Assembly (NCBI GenBank): GCA_041586955.1
Contig: JBFGZE010000001.1
Span: 32,001-96,000 of the forward strand
DNA: 64,000 bases
From: Bacteriovoracaceae bacterium
Lineage (GTDB): Bacteria > Bdellovibrionota > Bacteriovoracia > Bacteriovoracales > Bacteriovoracaceae
Direction of reading: 5' to 3'
Numbering within the stretch: position 1 is the first letter of the stretch; each line of letters starts with the position of its first letter. This document shows positions 9,491 to 19,768 of this stretch, piece after piece. The notes under the pieces were generated by a model. It worked only from the letters and a program-made list of their open reading frames with translations, did no database searches and was not told the DNA's origin. Both the position numbers and the translations under genes were made by a program.

Positions 9491-10558
9491 TTACTCTTCC
9501 TGGCCTTTTAATAATTCAGCTTGGTTATGAGCAATCAAGGCGTCAGTAACTTCATGAACCTGCCCTTCAACAATTTTATCCAAACTATAAAGAGTTAAAC
9601 CGATACGATGATCAGAAACTCTCCCCTGCGGGTAATTATAAGTTCGGATACGCTCAGAGCGATCACCTGTTCCGACCAACCCCTTACGTTCAGCAGCTTC
9701 CTTGGCATTATGCTCTTGAACCATTTTGTCATAAATCCGCGTTTTAAGAATACGTAGGGCCTTTTCTTTGTTTTTTAATTGAGATTTCTGATCTTGGTTG
9801 GCGACGACGGTTCCCGTCGGAATATGGGTTACTCGTACAGCAGAGTCCGTGGTGTTAACTGATTGTCCTCCCGCTCCACCAGAACGATAAACATCAATAC
9901 GCACATCATTCATATCAAGTTGAAATTCAACGTCGTCTGTTTCCGGCATAACCGCGACCGTAATTGTCGAAGTATGGACACGGCCTTGCGATTCTGTTTT
10001 AGGAACTCGTTGAACTCGGTGGACACCAGATTCATATTTTAAACGAGAATAAACCTTATCACCGGTCACGCTAAAAATGATTTCTTTAATTCCTTCATCA
10101 CCTTCAGATAAAGAAACTAATTCACATTTATAATTCAGATCGCGGCAATAGTTTTGGTACATGCGGTAAACATCACCGACAAAAATAGAAGCTTCATCAC
10201 CTCCCGCACCAGCCCGAATTTCAACCATTACGTTTTTATCATCAAGAGGGTCTTTAGGAAGAAGAAGAAGTTTTAGCTCCTCTTCCATGGCCTCAATATT
10301 GCCTTCATTTTCATTCAGCTCTTCTTTGGCCATTTCGCGCATCTCGGGATCCTTTTCATTTTTAAGGATCTCTTTTGCTTCATTTACATCTTCTTTAACC
10401 TGCTTGTATTTTTTGAAGGCCACGACGATATCTTCAAGATTGGACCTCTCAGAGGAAATTTTCTTGAATTCTTCTTGTCTATCGTAAAGAGAGGGATCGG
10501 CCAACTTTTCAGTTAGCTCTTCATATCTCTCCACAACTTTTTCTAATTTATCGTACAT
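9491..10558 (-). CDS. prfA: Peptide chain release factor 1
   Basis: GGQ motif, PKT anticodon-mimic tripeptide, ESGVHRVQRVP. Confidence 0.97.
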   Translation of the reverse strand: MYDKLEKVVERYEELTEKLADPSLYDRQEEFKKISSERSNLEDIVVAFKKYKQVKEDVNEAKEILKNEKDPEMREMAKEELNENEGNIEAMEEELKLLLLPKDPLDDKNVMVEIRAGAGGDEASIFVGDVYRMYQNYCRDLNYKCELVSLSEGDEGIKEIIFSVTGDKVYSRLKYESGVHRVQRVPKTESQGRVHTSTITVAVMPETDDVEFQLDMNDVRIDVYRSGGAGGQSVNTTDSAVRVTHIPTGTVVANQDQKSQLKNKEKALRILKTRIYDKMVQEHNAKEAAERKGLVGTGDRSERIRTYNYPQGRVSDHRIGLTLYSLDKIVEGQVHEVTDALIAHNQAELLKGQEE

Positions 10559-10577
10559 GACCTAATATCTCTACAAA

Positions 10578-11825
10578 TTAACCATTCATTGAATCTAAGA
10601 ATTCAGCATTCGTTTTAGTCTTAGTAACTCGGCTTAGCATAAATTCCATTGCATCAATAGTATTCATGGGGTGGAGTACTTTTCGTAGAACAAAAACCCT
10701 CTGAAGATCCGCTGGATCCATAAGTAGGTCTTCTTTACGAGTTGACGACTTATTAATATCAAGAGCTGGAAAAATTCTCTTTTCAAGAAGTTTTCTATCC
10801 AATTGAATTTCGGAGTTACCCGTTCCTTTAAATTCCTCAAAGATAACTTCGTCCATACGAGAACCAGTATCAATAAGAGAAGTGGCAATAATAGTAAGTG
10901 AACCACCATTTTCAATATTTCGAGCGGCACCAAAAAATCTCTTTGGTCTATGAAGTGCATTAGAATCAACACCACCAGATAAGATCTTACCTGAAGGTGG
11001 AACCACAGTGTTATAAGCACGGGCCAAACGAGTGATAGAATCGAGGAGGATAATAACATCTTTACCAGCTTCAGTAAGACGCTTCGCTTTCTCAATAACC
11101 ATTTCAGCAACTTGAACGTGGCGGTTAGCTGGTTCATCAAATGTTGATGACACAACTTCAGCTTCCACGTTTCTCTTCATATCTGTTACTTCTTCTGGCC
11201 TTTCATCAATAAGAAGAACAATCAATGTTGCCTCTGGATGATTATCGCTAATCGCATTGGCGATATCTTGAAGAAGAACTGTTTTACCAGCTTTTGGAGG
11301 TGCTACGATAAGACAGCGTTGACCAAACCCTTGAGGGACATAAAGGTCAATAATACGAGTTGAGTAATTCGTCGGCTTTGATTCTAAATTAATTTTTTTC
11401 TGGGGATATAGAGGAGTTAGGTTATCAAAAAGAACTGTTTTCTTATGATTTTCAGGACTCTGCTCATTAATAGAATCGACTTTTAAAAGGGCAAAATAAC
11501 GTTCACCATCTTTAGGTGGGCGAATTCCACCTTCAATCGTATCCCCTTTTCTCAGGCCAAAACGTCTAATTTGACTAGGACTTACGTAAATATCGTCAGC
11601 ACCAGGTAAATAATTATATCCAGGAGACCTAAGAAAACCAAAACCATCTGGCAAAATTTCTAAAACACCACCTCCAAAAATAGCTTCTTCTTTCGCGGCC
11701 TTAGCTTTTAAGATCGCAAAAATCACTTCGTGACGTTTCATATTTCCGGGGTTTTCAACTCCCGCTTCACTGGCCATTTGACTGAGTTTTTTAATGTCCA
11801 TTTCTCTTAAATGATTAAGATGCAT
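10578..11825 (-). CDS. rho: Transcription termination factor Rho
   Basis: [34 protein letters not shown]. Confidence 0.98.
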   Translation of the reverse strand: MHLNHLREMDIKKLSQMASEAGVENPGNMKRHEVIFAILKAKAAKEEAIFGGGVLEILPDGFGFLRSPGYNYLPGADDIYVSPSQIRRFGLRKGDTIEGGIRPPKDGERYFALLKVDSINEQSPENHKKTVLFDNLTPLYPQKKINLESKPTNYSTRIIDLYVPQGFGQRCLIVAPPKAGKTVLLQDIANAISDNHPEATLIVLLIDERPEEVTDMKRNVEAEVVSSTFDEPANRHVQVAEMVIEKAKRLTEAGKDVIILLDSITRLARAYNTVVPPSGKILSGGVDSNALHRPKRFFGAARNIENGGSLTIIATSLIDTGSRMDEVIFEEFKGTGNSEIQLDRKLLEKRIFPALDINKSSTRKEDLLMDPADLQRVFVLRKVLHPMNTIDAMEFMLSRVTKTKTNAEFLDSMNG

Positions 11826-11980
11826 TTAATTAAGCTCCTATTTTGTAAAATTTGATATGGGATTTTTATGTTATTAAATTTGTTAATATATTAATAAGGA
11901 TTGGTTTAATTTCCTCTCAGATCGTGTCTGGACAGTTTGAATTGGAATAAACAAGAAACAATGGTGAATCGTGTATCCCC

Positions 11981-12009
11981 ATGATTAAGATTTTTCTCAA
12001 TTTTGTCAA
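11981..12009 (-). promoter_or_regulatory. Possible sigma70 promoter for rho
   Basis: TTGACA-N17-AATCAT on the minus strand. Confidence 0.45.
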
Positions 12010-12077
12010 GATATAAAAATGATCAAGCGTGCTAAAAGCGCTGGGTAAAAGGTTATAAGCATGCTAATCAAAACTCT

Positions 12078-12548
12078 ATGGATATTAAAGATAAGCCTTT
12101 AAATCTAGAGGGAAAAACCATACTTGGTATCGATTATGGCCAAAAAGTTATCGGCCTTGCCTATATCGTAGTGGGACGAGAGCCCTTTCCCATGCCTCGC
12201 GGCCGCATTATCGTCAAAAGCACAGAACAAGTGTTCAACGATATTCAGGAAATTTGTGAAGAAGAATTCATCGATGCTATCGTTTTAGGCATTCCCTATT
12301 TAACTGACGGTGGGGAAACCAGGATGGGTGCCGAAATTGAAAAATTTAGTCAAAAATTAACCCTTATTCTGGATAATATTCCTATTTATCACCAAGATGA
12401 AACACTTTCCTCATTTGAGGCACAAGAGCGTATGAAAAACTCGCCAAGCTTCAATTTTAGCGTGGATATGAAACGTATCGACGAAGTGGCGGCATGCATC
12501 ATCCTGGAAGATTTTCTCAATGTCCAGCTTGCAGGCCAAAGCCTCTAA
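12078..12548 (+). CDS. yqgF: YqgF/RuvX pre-16S rRNA nuclease
   Basis: ILGIDYGQKVIGLA, DETLSS, IDEVAACIILE. Confidence 0.92.
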   Translation: MDIKDKPLNLEGKTILGIDYGQKVIGLAYIVVGREPFPMPRGRIIVKSTEQVFNDIQEICEEEFIDAIVLGIPYLTDGGETRMGAEIEKFSQKLTLILDNIPIYHQDETLSSFEAQERMKNSPSFNFSVDMKRIDEVAACIILEDFLNVQLAGQSL

Positions 12549-12589
12549 CTGTATCCTTATTATTAAAATTATTACAGTGAGTCTTCTGC

Positions 12590-13636
12590 ATGAAAAAATA
12601 TTGGTGGGTCTTTGTTTTAGCGGCTCCGGCCCTGTCCATCACTCTGGTCAGTCTATTAACCTATTATCTCGCCAGTATTTGGACCTATAGTGGGCCAGAT
12701 ATTGTTTTCGAAGTGAGGCCAGGAGAGGGCTTTAGCTCTATTAATGGACGACTCAACCGCCAGGGCCTTATTAGTAGCGCTAAATTATTCCACCGCTATT
12801 CTCAATTTCAAAATATTATGACGAAGTTTAAGAGTGGCGCCTTTGTTATTAAGTCTGGATCCAATCTTTTAGAGGTCGCTGAAACCCTAACCCAGGGCAA
12901 GGCCATCACTACAACAATCACCATCCCCGAGGGAAAGAATATTTTTGAAATTGGTAAAATTCTTGAAAACAGTGGTGTTATTGACGCAAAATCTTTTATC
13001 GCTGCCGCTAAGTCATCTGAAATTATCAATAAATTAAAAATCCCGGGAGAGAGAGTCGAAGGCTATCTCTACCCTGAAACATATCATTTTTCCAAAGGAA
13101 CAAGTGCCGGAAGAATCATTGGGACGATGGTCCACCAATTTCATAAAAAAGTTAAAGGCCTGGCCCTAGAAAATAATCCCATGGACCTGAACCCTCACCA
13201 AGTTATTATCATGGCCTCAATTGTTGAAAAAGAGACTGGCGCTGGTCATGAGCGACCAATGATTGCAGGTGTCTTTCTTAACCGCCTTAAAAAGGGAATG
13301 CGCCTGCAGTCAGATCCCACTACCATCTACGGCATTTATGAAAATTATAATGGAAATTTGCGCAAGAAACACCTTCTAGAGAGGACTCCTTATAATACTT
13401 ATAAAGTTTCTGGATTACCCAAAGGCCCTATTTCAAACCCGGGACTCGACTCAATTAAAGCAGTTCTTGACCCTACCCCTCATCAATACCTTTATTTTGT
13501 GAGCCAAAATGATGGAACCCATATTTTTTCCAAAAGCTACAAAGAGCATCGCGAAGCAGTCAATAAATTCCAAAAAGACAAAAATGCGCGAAAAGGAAAG
13601 AGCTGGCGAGATTTAAAGAAGGCCAAGAAGGAATAA
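12590..13636 (+). CDS. mltG: Endolytic transglycosylase MltG
   Basis: EGYLYPETY, ASIVEKE, LQSDPT, PYNTY, GPISNPG. Confidence 0.95.
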   Translation: MKKYWWVFVLAAPALSITLVSLLTYYLASIWTYSGPDIVFEVRPGEGFSSINGRLNRQGLISSAKLFHRYSQFQNIMTKFKSGAFVIKSGSNLLEVAETLTQGKAITTTITIPEGKNIFEIGKILENSGVIDAKSFIAAAKSSEIINKLKIPGERVEGYLYPETYHFSKGTSAGRIIGTMVHQFHKKVKGLALENNPMDLNPHQVIIMASIVEKETGAGHERPMIAGVFLNRLKKGMRLQSDPTTIYGIYENYNGNLRKKHLLERTPYNTYKVSGLPKGPISNPGLDSIKAVLDPTPHQYLYFVSQNDGTHIFSKSYKEHREAVNKFQKDKNARKGKSWRDLKKAKKE

Positions 13637-13809
13637 ATTTCTCACTTTATTGTAAGAAATATTTTGGCCTGCAACCTAAGCGTCTATCGAAATTTCCTGT
13701 TTTTTTAGAAATTCCTATTATTTTCAGGTAGTTTGGTCCACAAACCGACGAAAATATGTGGTTATGGGACATTATTTTCTCAGATGTTATTCAATGTAAT
13801 TTTTTTTGC

Positions 13810-13839
13810 TTGTCTCCAATAGATTTACTTAGATAGAAT
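13810..13839 (+). promoter_or_regulatory. Possible sigma70 promoter for dksA
   Basis: TTGTCT-N18-TAGAAT. Confidence 0.4.
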
Positions 13840-13905
13840 ATTGTGCAGACCTTAAGAGTGGAACCTTAGGTCTTATGGAAGGATAGAGACACTTCAAGGA
13901 GGAAA

Positions 13906-14280
13906 GTGATGGACAAGGTTGATAAGGAGCATTTTCGCGAGATACTGCTCAAACACAAAAATAAAATCCTTAACGGTGGGATTTTAACATCTAAAGAAGA
14001 CTTAACCGTTTCCAGTGAAGATCTTGCTGATGAAGCTGACTTAGCAACAAGTGTAATTAATCAACAGGTGACCTTTAATATGCGTCAAAGAGAAATGGCA
14101 AAATTAAGGGAAATTGAAGAAGCTCTTTATCGTCTTGAAGAAAGGACCTATGGACTTTGTGAAGAATGCGATGAGTATATCGGTAAAAAACGCCTGGCCA
14201 ACCAGCCCTGGGCAACTCTTTGTATCACCCATGCTGAAGAGAGAGAAAGAGAACAAAGCCATTTCTTAAAGTTAGGCTAA
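13906..14280 (+). CDS. dksA: DksA/TraR family RNA polymerase-binding factor
   Basis: DEADLA coiled-coil tip, YGLCEEC...RL...P.ATLCITH. Confidence 0.9.
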   Translation: MMDKVDKEHFREILLKHKNKILNGGILTSKEDLTVSSEDLADEADLATSVINQQVTFNMRQREMAKLREIEEALYRLEERTYGLCEECDEYIGKKRLANQPWATLCITHAEEREREQSHFLKLG

Positions 14281-14386
14281 ACTCCTTTGATATCCATGAT
14301 GGATTATCTGTTCGTGAAGGCAGGAGCCTACCAGCGAACAACTTGCACACACACCCAAGCAATTGAATTCCAATGATGATTTATAC

Positions 14387-14416
14387 TTTAAGGCCCTCTT
14401 TTTTGAGGGCCTTAAA
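14387..14416. terminator. Strong hairpin, probable terminator after dksA
   Basis: Perfect 12-bp stem TTTAAGGCCCTC/GAGGGCCTTAAA. Confidence 0.7.
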
Positions 14417-14658
14417 ATATTATTCAATTAATGTCATTCATTTTACCATCTCAAGTTTAATAAAATTAACGATATAGAATATTCCTCTGCAGCGAGTACT
14501 CCGAAAAATGGCAAAATTTCACACAATTTAAAAATCCGATGTCCAAAAACTGAACAAGACATAGGCAATTGATTGGACAATTATTTGACACCCATCAATT
14601 TTTTGCCAATTTTGACCTCAAATTGCTAGCGTAACTCCCTAATTTCAGATAAAAAAAC

Positions 14659-14674
14659 TGGCCCCTACTTTGCT
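14659..14674 (+). promoter_or_regulatory. sigma54 (-24/-12) promoter
   Basis: TGGCCCCTACTTTGCT = GG-N10-GC upstream of the S8 peptidase. Confidence 0.65.
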
Positions 14675-14751
14675 TTTATAGAGGACAAAGAGGAGCAAGG
14701 AATGGCCTCAAGAAATTAACTGGCATCTTTAATCGACGGGGTTTTTTAAAA

Positions 14752-15825
14752 ATGACATTTTCCATCAATAAAAAATTGAAAATTGCTCTACTCTCTGCGC
14801 TAGCTCTTTCCCATATAGGGCTTTTTGCAGAAGGTTCAATTGCACCGCTTAAAGACTCTCCTTACGAAAGTTGGGGAATTAATTCTTCACAAGGCGCTAT
14901 TAATATTACTTCTGCATGGAAATCCTTTACTCAGAAAAAGGATGTCATTGTTGCGGTTATCGATACAGGAGTGGATCCGACTCACTCCTATCTATATAAG
15001 AACCTGATTGTTAAAAATGGCAAAGTTAATATTATGAATTTTGGTAAAGACTTCTCAAAAAATTCCCAGGCAGAGTCCCGCCCTTCAGATTCACATGGCC
15101 ATGGGACCCATGTCTCAGGCATTATTCGAAGTGTTTTTCCTCAAGTTAAAATTCTCACTCTTAAGTATTATAACCCTAAGGCCTCGGGTCAAGATAACCT
15201 CAACTCAACAATCAGGGCCTTACGTTATGCCGTTCAACAAAATGTTGATATCATCAATTACTCTGGTGGTGGGCCAGAGCCAGCAATCGAAGAATTAAAA
15301 ATCTTAAGAGAGGCCGAGAAGAAAGGGATCCTAGTTATTGCTGCTGCAGGAAATGAAGAATCTAATATTGATATTAAAAAGAATGCTTATTACCCAGCAA
15401 GCTATGGATTGAGCAATATTATTTCAGTGACCGCCCATGATCAACAACTACGTATTCTAAAATCATCTAATTATGGTCGATTGACGGTTGATATAGCTGC
15501 TCCCGGGCATCGTATTAACTCGGCACTGCCAGGTAACCGCGCCGGATTTTTAACAGGAACAAGTCAGGCAACAGCTTTTGTCACAGGTGCGGCAGCTCTT
15601 TTAAAGGCACAATACCCCAAGCTTACGACTAAAGAGCTCAAAGAAATTATCCGATCTTCGGCCCGTAAAGAAATTACTCTCATGGGTAAATGTATCTCAA
15701 GTGGACGACTAGATGCCTACAATGCACAGAAATTGGCCGCAAAATATATTAAAGCAAAAAATAATAAATCAAGAAAATTGGCCACCAAAGAAGAAGGTCA
15801 GATTACTTACCGTATGGCACGCTAA
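14752..15825 (+). CDS. Secreted S8 (subtilisin-like) serine peptidase
   Basis: Catalytic triad motifs VAVIDTG, HGHGTHVSG, GTSQAT; AAAGNE; signal peptide. Confidence 0.95.
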   Translation: MTFSINKKLKIALLSALALSHIGLFAEGSIAPLKDSPYESWGINSSQGAINITSAWKSFTQKKDVIVAVIDTGVDPTHSYLYKNLIVKNGKVNIMNFGKDFSKNSQAESRPSDSHGHGTHVSGIIRSVFPQVKILTLKYYNPKASGQDNLNSTIRALRYAVQQNVDIINYSGGGPEPAIEELKILREAEKKGILVIAAAGNEESNIDIKKNAYYPASYGLSNIISVTAHDQQLRILKSSNYGRLTVDIAAPGHRINSALPGNRAGFLTGTSQATAFVTGAAALLKAQYPKLTTKELKEIIRSSARKEITLMGKCISSGRLDAYNAQKLAAKYIKAKNNKSRKLATKEEGQITYRMAR

Positions 15826-16442
15826 TCGTGTAAATTATGCTTAAAAAACCATATACTCAAAAAAATAAAAACAATGAGTCCCATCAAAACTCGCAATACT
15901 CTCAATCCAATAAAGGTTAAGTTTGGAATAGGATTCGTCTTTGATGTTGTAATTTTTTGCATTTGCAAGTCATGCATTTTTTCGCGGAAAAATGATAAAT
16001 GGGAAGAACTCACCAAATACTTTTCCTTAAGTTCTTGGTCGGAGACACCAAAACTGGCCTTTAACTCCATTAAAACAAAAGCTGCTTCAATTTGATAAAG
16101 CTCAATATCATGGGGCTTAGGGCCTTCGGCCATAAAATCATCAATCAACTTCAAGCGGTGGATTAAATTGCGCTTAAATTTTCTCCGTTTCCTATCGTTA
16201 TAAGGAATAAAAGAGAAAAATTGTGATAAGGATGGTATTGATTGGTAATATTCATCTTGTAGGAAAAAGAACGATCGCTCGCCCAAAGGGCCACCAAGAG
16301 GGTCGAAGTCCAATTGAAACCCACAACTCTCGCAGAGCTTATCTTCCAAATAAATCGAATGGCATTTAGGGCATCTTTGAATGCGAATTTCTTTTCCAAT
16401 TTCTTTTGGGTGTTGAATATATTCACTTTGCAAATTGCTCAT
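15822..16442 (-). CDS. Zinc-ribbon protein with C-terminal membrane anchor
   Basis: CPKC-x9-CESC; hydrophobic C-terminus; GAGGG before ATG 16442. Confidence 0.7.
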   Translation of the reverse strand: MSNLQSEYIQHPKEIGKEIRIQRCPKCHSIYLEDKLCESCGFQLDFDPLGGPLGERSFFFLQDEYYQSIPSLSQFFSFIPYNDRKRRKFKRNLIHRLKLIDDFMAEGPKPHDIELYQIEAAFVLMELKASFGVSDQELKEKYLVSSSHLSFFREKMHDLQMQKITTSKTNPIPNLTFIGLRVLRVLMGLIVFIFLSIWFFKHNLHD

Positions 16443-16506
16443 ACGATTATTATCCCTCGAATCGAGACCGTTGGCAAATAGCAAGGCCATCCGCTATTAT
16501 TAGGAG

Positions 16507-18099
16507 ATGAATAGACAATTAATCAATCGCTACTTACCTGCTCTAATTGGTGGATCACTATACGCTTTAGGTTTTCCCTCAAAACTTATTCCTCATTGTT
16601 TTCTCTTTACCTTACTTGGGACGGGACTTTTCCTATCAAGTATTCAAATGTTTAAAGAAGGTGGTGCTTTAAAAGAGGATTTAAAAAAGTTTTTTCTCTT
16701 TTCTCTAACCTACTACTTAACCGGGTATTATTGGATCCCCCACACATTAGAAGTTTTTGGCAATATTCCCGCCCCCTTTAGCAATATTCTTGGTATTATT
16801 TTTTCTCTCATTATATTGCCTCATTATTTTGTTGTTTTTCTCGGGTTACATTGGAGTGCTCAAAAGTGGCCCAATCTAATCTCTCAATTAAAAACTCCTG
16901 CGTTTTTGGCCCTTATCATGTGCCTAGGTGAATATTTTATTCCCCAACAATTCCCCGCTCATTTAGGTCATTCCTGGTTAAGTTTGGCCCCATATTTAGG
17001 GCTCGCTCCCTTTGGGGGCTATCTTCTCTTTTCCTATATTTCCTATTTTCTTATTTTCCATTGCCTAAAGGCCTGGCAGCAAAAGTCTTACCGTTCTCTC
17101 ATTTACCCGGTTTCACTATTTATTTTATTTTTAGCTATTAATATTGCCTTCCCTTTAAAGCGGCCAGAGGTCACTCATAACCTCAATATCAGATTGGTCC
17201 AGGCCAATATTGGCAATTGGCTTAAGCTAACCTCAGAAACAGGCGAAGAACTATCTATGAATAAAGTTTTCAAGCGCTATCATAAGCTCTCCACTAAACC
17301 CACCCCAACTGGAGGGCCTATCGATCTTATTATTTGGCCAGAAACGGCCTACCCCAATATTCTCAATAGCGAAAGTATGCGGGTCGCGATTGCTAACGTG
17401 CCTTCTCTCATTAAAGATATTATTTTTGAAATGGACACCCAGTTATTTACAGGTGGCTACGATATGGCCAAAGTCAATGCCAGAAGTAACTTTGAAAGCG
17501 ATTATAATTCTGGATTTCTTTTTGGCAAAGATGGCCTCCTAAAGGACACTTATCATAAGATTAAACTCATTCCCTTTGGTGAAAGTTTACCACTTGGGCC
17601 TTTGAACTCCTTGCTCAGTAAAGTCATTACCAATATGGCCTTTTTTGCCAAAGGAACAAATTATACCCTCTTTCAATTAAAAAACGATCTGAGATTTATT
17701 AATTTAATTTGTTATGAAGTTCTTTTTCCTGAATTTGTCAGAACATTTTTAAAAGCGAATAAAAAGCGTCCTCATTTTATGATTAATCTTACTAATGACT
17801 CTTGGTATGGAGACACTGCAGAGCCTTACCAGCATTTATATTTGGCCAAATGGCGTGCCATAGAATTCCAATTGCCGATCATTCGCGTAACCAATACAGG
17901 TCTCACGACTATTATGTTTGAAGATGGAAGTCGCACGAAAGATTTAGGGCTTTTTCGTTCAAACTCAGGAGACTTCCAGTTGCCATTAGGTCAGGGTAAA
18001 GCGACTTTTTATGAACAATGGGGTATTCTTTTAACCCTTCTCCTAGGAAGCGTCCTCACTTTTATTGAGTATTACTGCCGCAAAAGAGTAAAATCATAA
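16507..18099 (+). CDS. lnt: Apolipoprotein N-acyltransferase
   Basis: Multi-TM; VQANI, WPETA, YHKIKLIPFGE, ICYE, TNDSWY. Confidence 0.95.
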   Translation: MNRQLINRYLPALIGGSLYALGFPSKLIPHCFLFTLLGTGLFLSSIQMFKEGGALKEDLKKFFLFSLTYYLTGYYWIPHTLEVFGNIPAPFSNILGIIFSLIILPHYFVVFLGLHWSAQKWPNLISQLKTPAFLALIMCLGEYFIPQQFPAHLGHSWLSLAPYLGLAPFGGYLLFSYISYFLIFHCLKAWQQKSYRSLIYPVSLFILFLAINIAFPLKRPEVTHNLNIRLVQANIGNWLKLTSETGEELSMNKVFKRYHKLSTKPTPTGGPIDLIIWPETAYPNILNSESMRVAIANVPSLIKDIIFEMDTQLFTGGYDMAKVNARSNFESDYNSGFLFGKDGLLKDTYHKIKLIPFGESLPLGPLNSLLSKVITNMAFFAKGTNYTLFQLKNDLRFINLICYEVLFPEFVRTFLKANKKRPHFMINLTNDSWYGDTAEPYQHLYLAKWRAIEFQLPIIRVTNTGLTTIMFEDGSRTKDLGLFRSNSGDFQLPLGQGKATFYEQWGILLTLLLGSVLTFIEYYCRKRVKS

Positions 18100-18140
18100 G
18101 ATGACATCAAGAAATATTTTTCGCTATCATCGACTATATA

Positions 18141-19133
18141 TTAGTTCTTGATGAGTCCATTTTTAATAAGATCATGGAGTCGTAAAAAACCTTTGAAGGT
18201 CTTATCATCACCGATTACTGGCAAAATTGAAATGGGGCGATCACGGTCTTCCATCATCAATAAACCCTCATAGGCCAATTCATTTTCATTAATGGTTATG
18301 GGATTTTTATTCATGAGATGAAGCAGTTTTGCGTTAAGGTCAATATCATTAACAAGAGCACGACGGATATCCCCCTCAACCATAATTCCTTTTAAATGCC
18401 TACTCTCATCCAAAAAAGCAAAACCACCGACCGGCCTATTGGTCATCGCCATAAGAATATCACGCCATTTGGCATCTTCTTGACCACAAGGGCATTTTTC
18501 ATATGAAACCATAAGATCTTTAACTTTAATCCGCAGTTTCTTACCAAGTAACCCGCCAGGATGGTTAATCGCAAAGTCCTCTTTAGAAAGCCCAATAATT
18601 TTTTCGTAAACGACGGCCATGGCATCACCCATGGCCAAGGCCAATGTTGACGAAGTCGTTGGCGCTTGATCATTTAGGCAGGCCTCTTTTTCAACTGAAC
18701 AATCAAAAACGAGGCCACATTCCTTGCCGATCGGGGAATTGATATTACCAAGAAGACCAATCCGTTGAGATTTAGGTATTTCAATGAAAGGAAGGAGTTT
18801 TAGAATTTCCTCTGTATTTCCCGATTTTGAAACAAGAACAATGGTATCGCATCGGCGTAGGCGTCCTAGGTCACCGTGCAAGGCCTCTATCGGGTGAAGT
18901 ATAAATGACGGTAATCCCAAAGAAGTAAAAGTCGAGGCAAGCTTATGAGCGATAAGGCCAGACTTTCCCACCCCAATGAAAAAAAGTGATCCCTCTCGCT
19001 GTTGTAGGTCATTAAAAATTTGGATTAATTGCTCACCCTTTTGTGCCGTAATCTTTTCCGACGCTTTGACTAGGGCTTCTGCTTCCAATTTTAAAACATT
19101 CTTTAATAAATTGAACGCGACTTGCTGATTCAT
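18141..19133 (-). CDS. kdsD: Arabinose-5-phosphate isomerase (KpsF/GutQ, SIS plus CBS domains)
   Basis: GVGKSG, EALHGDLG, APTTS, HPGG.LG, CBS pair. Confidence 0.92.
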   Translation of the reverse strand: MNQQVAFNLLKNVLKLEAEALVKASEKITAQKGEQLIQIFNDLQQREGSLFFIGVGKSGLIAHKLASTFTSLGLPSFILHPIEALHGDLGRLRRCDTIVLVSKSGNTEEILKLLPFIEIPKSQRIGLLGNINSPIGKECGLVFDCSVEKEACLNDQAPTTSSTLALAMGDAMAVVYEKIIGLSKEDFAINHPGGLLGKKLRIKVKDLMVSYEKCPCGQEDAKWRDILMAMTNRPVGGFAFLDESRHLKGIMVEGDIRRALVNDIDLNAKLLHLMNKNPITINENELAYEGLLMMEDRDRPISILPVIGDDKTFKGFLRLHDLIKNGLIKN

Positions 19134-19186
19134 ACAAAATTTCCTCGGCCTTACCAAATAAATAGGATTGAAGTATAATAGATCCT

Positions 19187-19741
19187 ATGAAAACAATATC
19201 CTTATTATCACACCATTTAAAGAGTCCAAAACTCATTCTCTTACTGCTGACAGTGTGCACCATTAGCAATTGTTCATCCTATAAGAAGTATAAACATATT
19301 ACCGAAGATCTCGAAATCCCCTCAAAGGTTTACAACACTGAGTTCACTCAAACTTGGCAGGCCATCTTACAGGTCATGAAAAAATACGAATTAGAGCATC
19401 AAAATCAAGAGTCCGGGGTTATTAAAACGCGCTGGATCACTAACACCGTCGAACTTAATTTTTCCGACTCATTCGGATCAAACGATGCCATTAAGGCAGC
19501 GCGTTTCAAAATAGTTCTCAATGCCGTCAAAGGATTTCGCGGAGCGAGAGAAGTCACCAAAGTCACCATTTTTAAACGCCAAATGATTGAACAAGACTTT
19601 CTTCAAGGATGGTGAGTCGTTCCGACAGATGGCACTTTAGAGACGACAATTCTCTATCGTATCGGCCGTATCTTGATGATAGATAACCGCCTAAAGAAAA
19701 TTGAACAAGAAAAGAGTAAAGCAGCAGAAGAGTCTTTTTAG
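19187..19741 (+). pseudogene. BamC/NlpB-like lipoprotein interrupted by in-frame TGA at 19613-19615 (nonsense allele, readthrough or sequence error)
   Basis: Lipobox ISNC. Frame continues 41 codons past the TGA to TAG 19741, followed at once by a hairpin. TATAAT lies 7 nt before the ATG (leaderless-type). Confidence 0.6.
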
Positions 19742-19742
19742 A

Positions 19743-19765
19743 TGGCGCTTGATTTCTAAGCGCCA
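19743..19765. terminator. Hairpin between convergent genes
   Basis: TGGCGCTT/AAGCGCCA stem. Confidence 0.6.
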
Positions 19766-19768
19766 GAA

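Noticed and set aside
14451..14475. sigma28-like TCAAGTTT...AACGATAT
   Set aside because: Spacer is 2 nt too short and the -10 match is weak.
19613..19660. Selenocysteine or genetic-code reassignment of the internal TGA
   Set aside because: No redox-motif context or obvious SECIS hairpin; TGA terminates other genes and RF2 with its frameshift is present.
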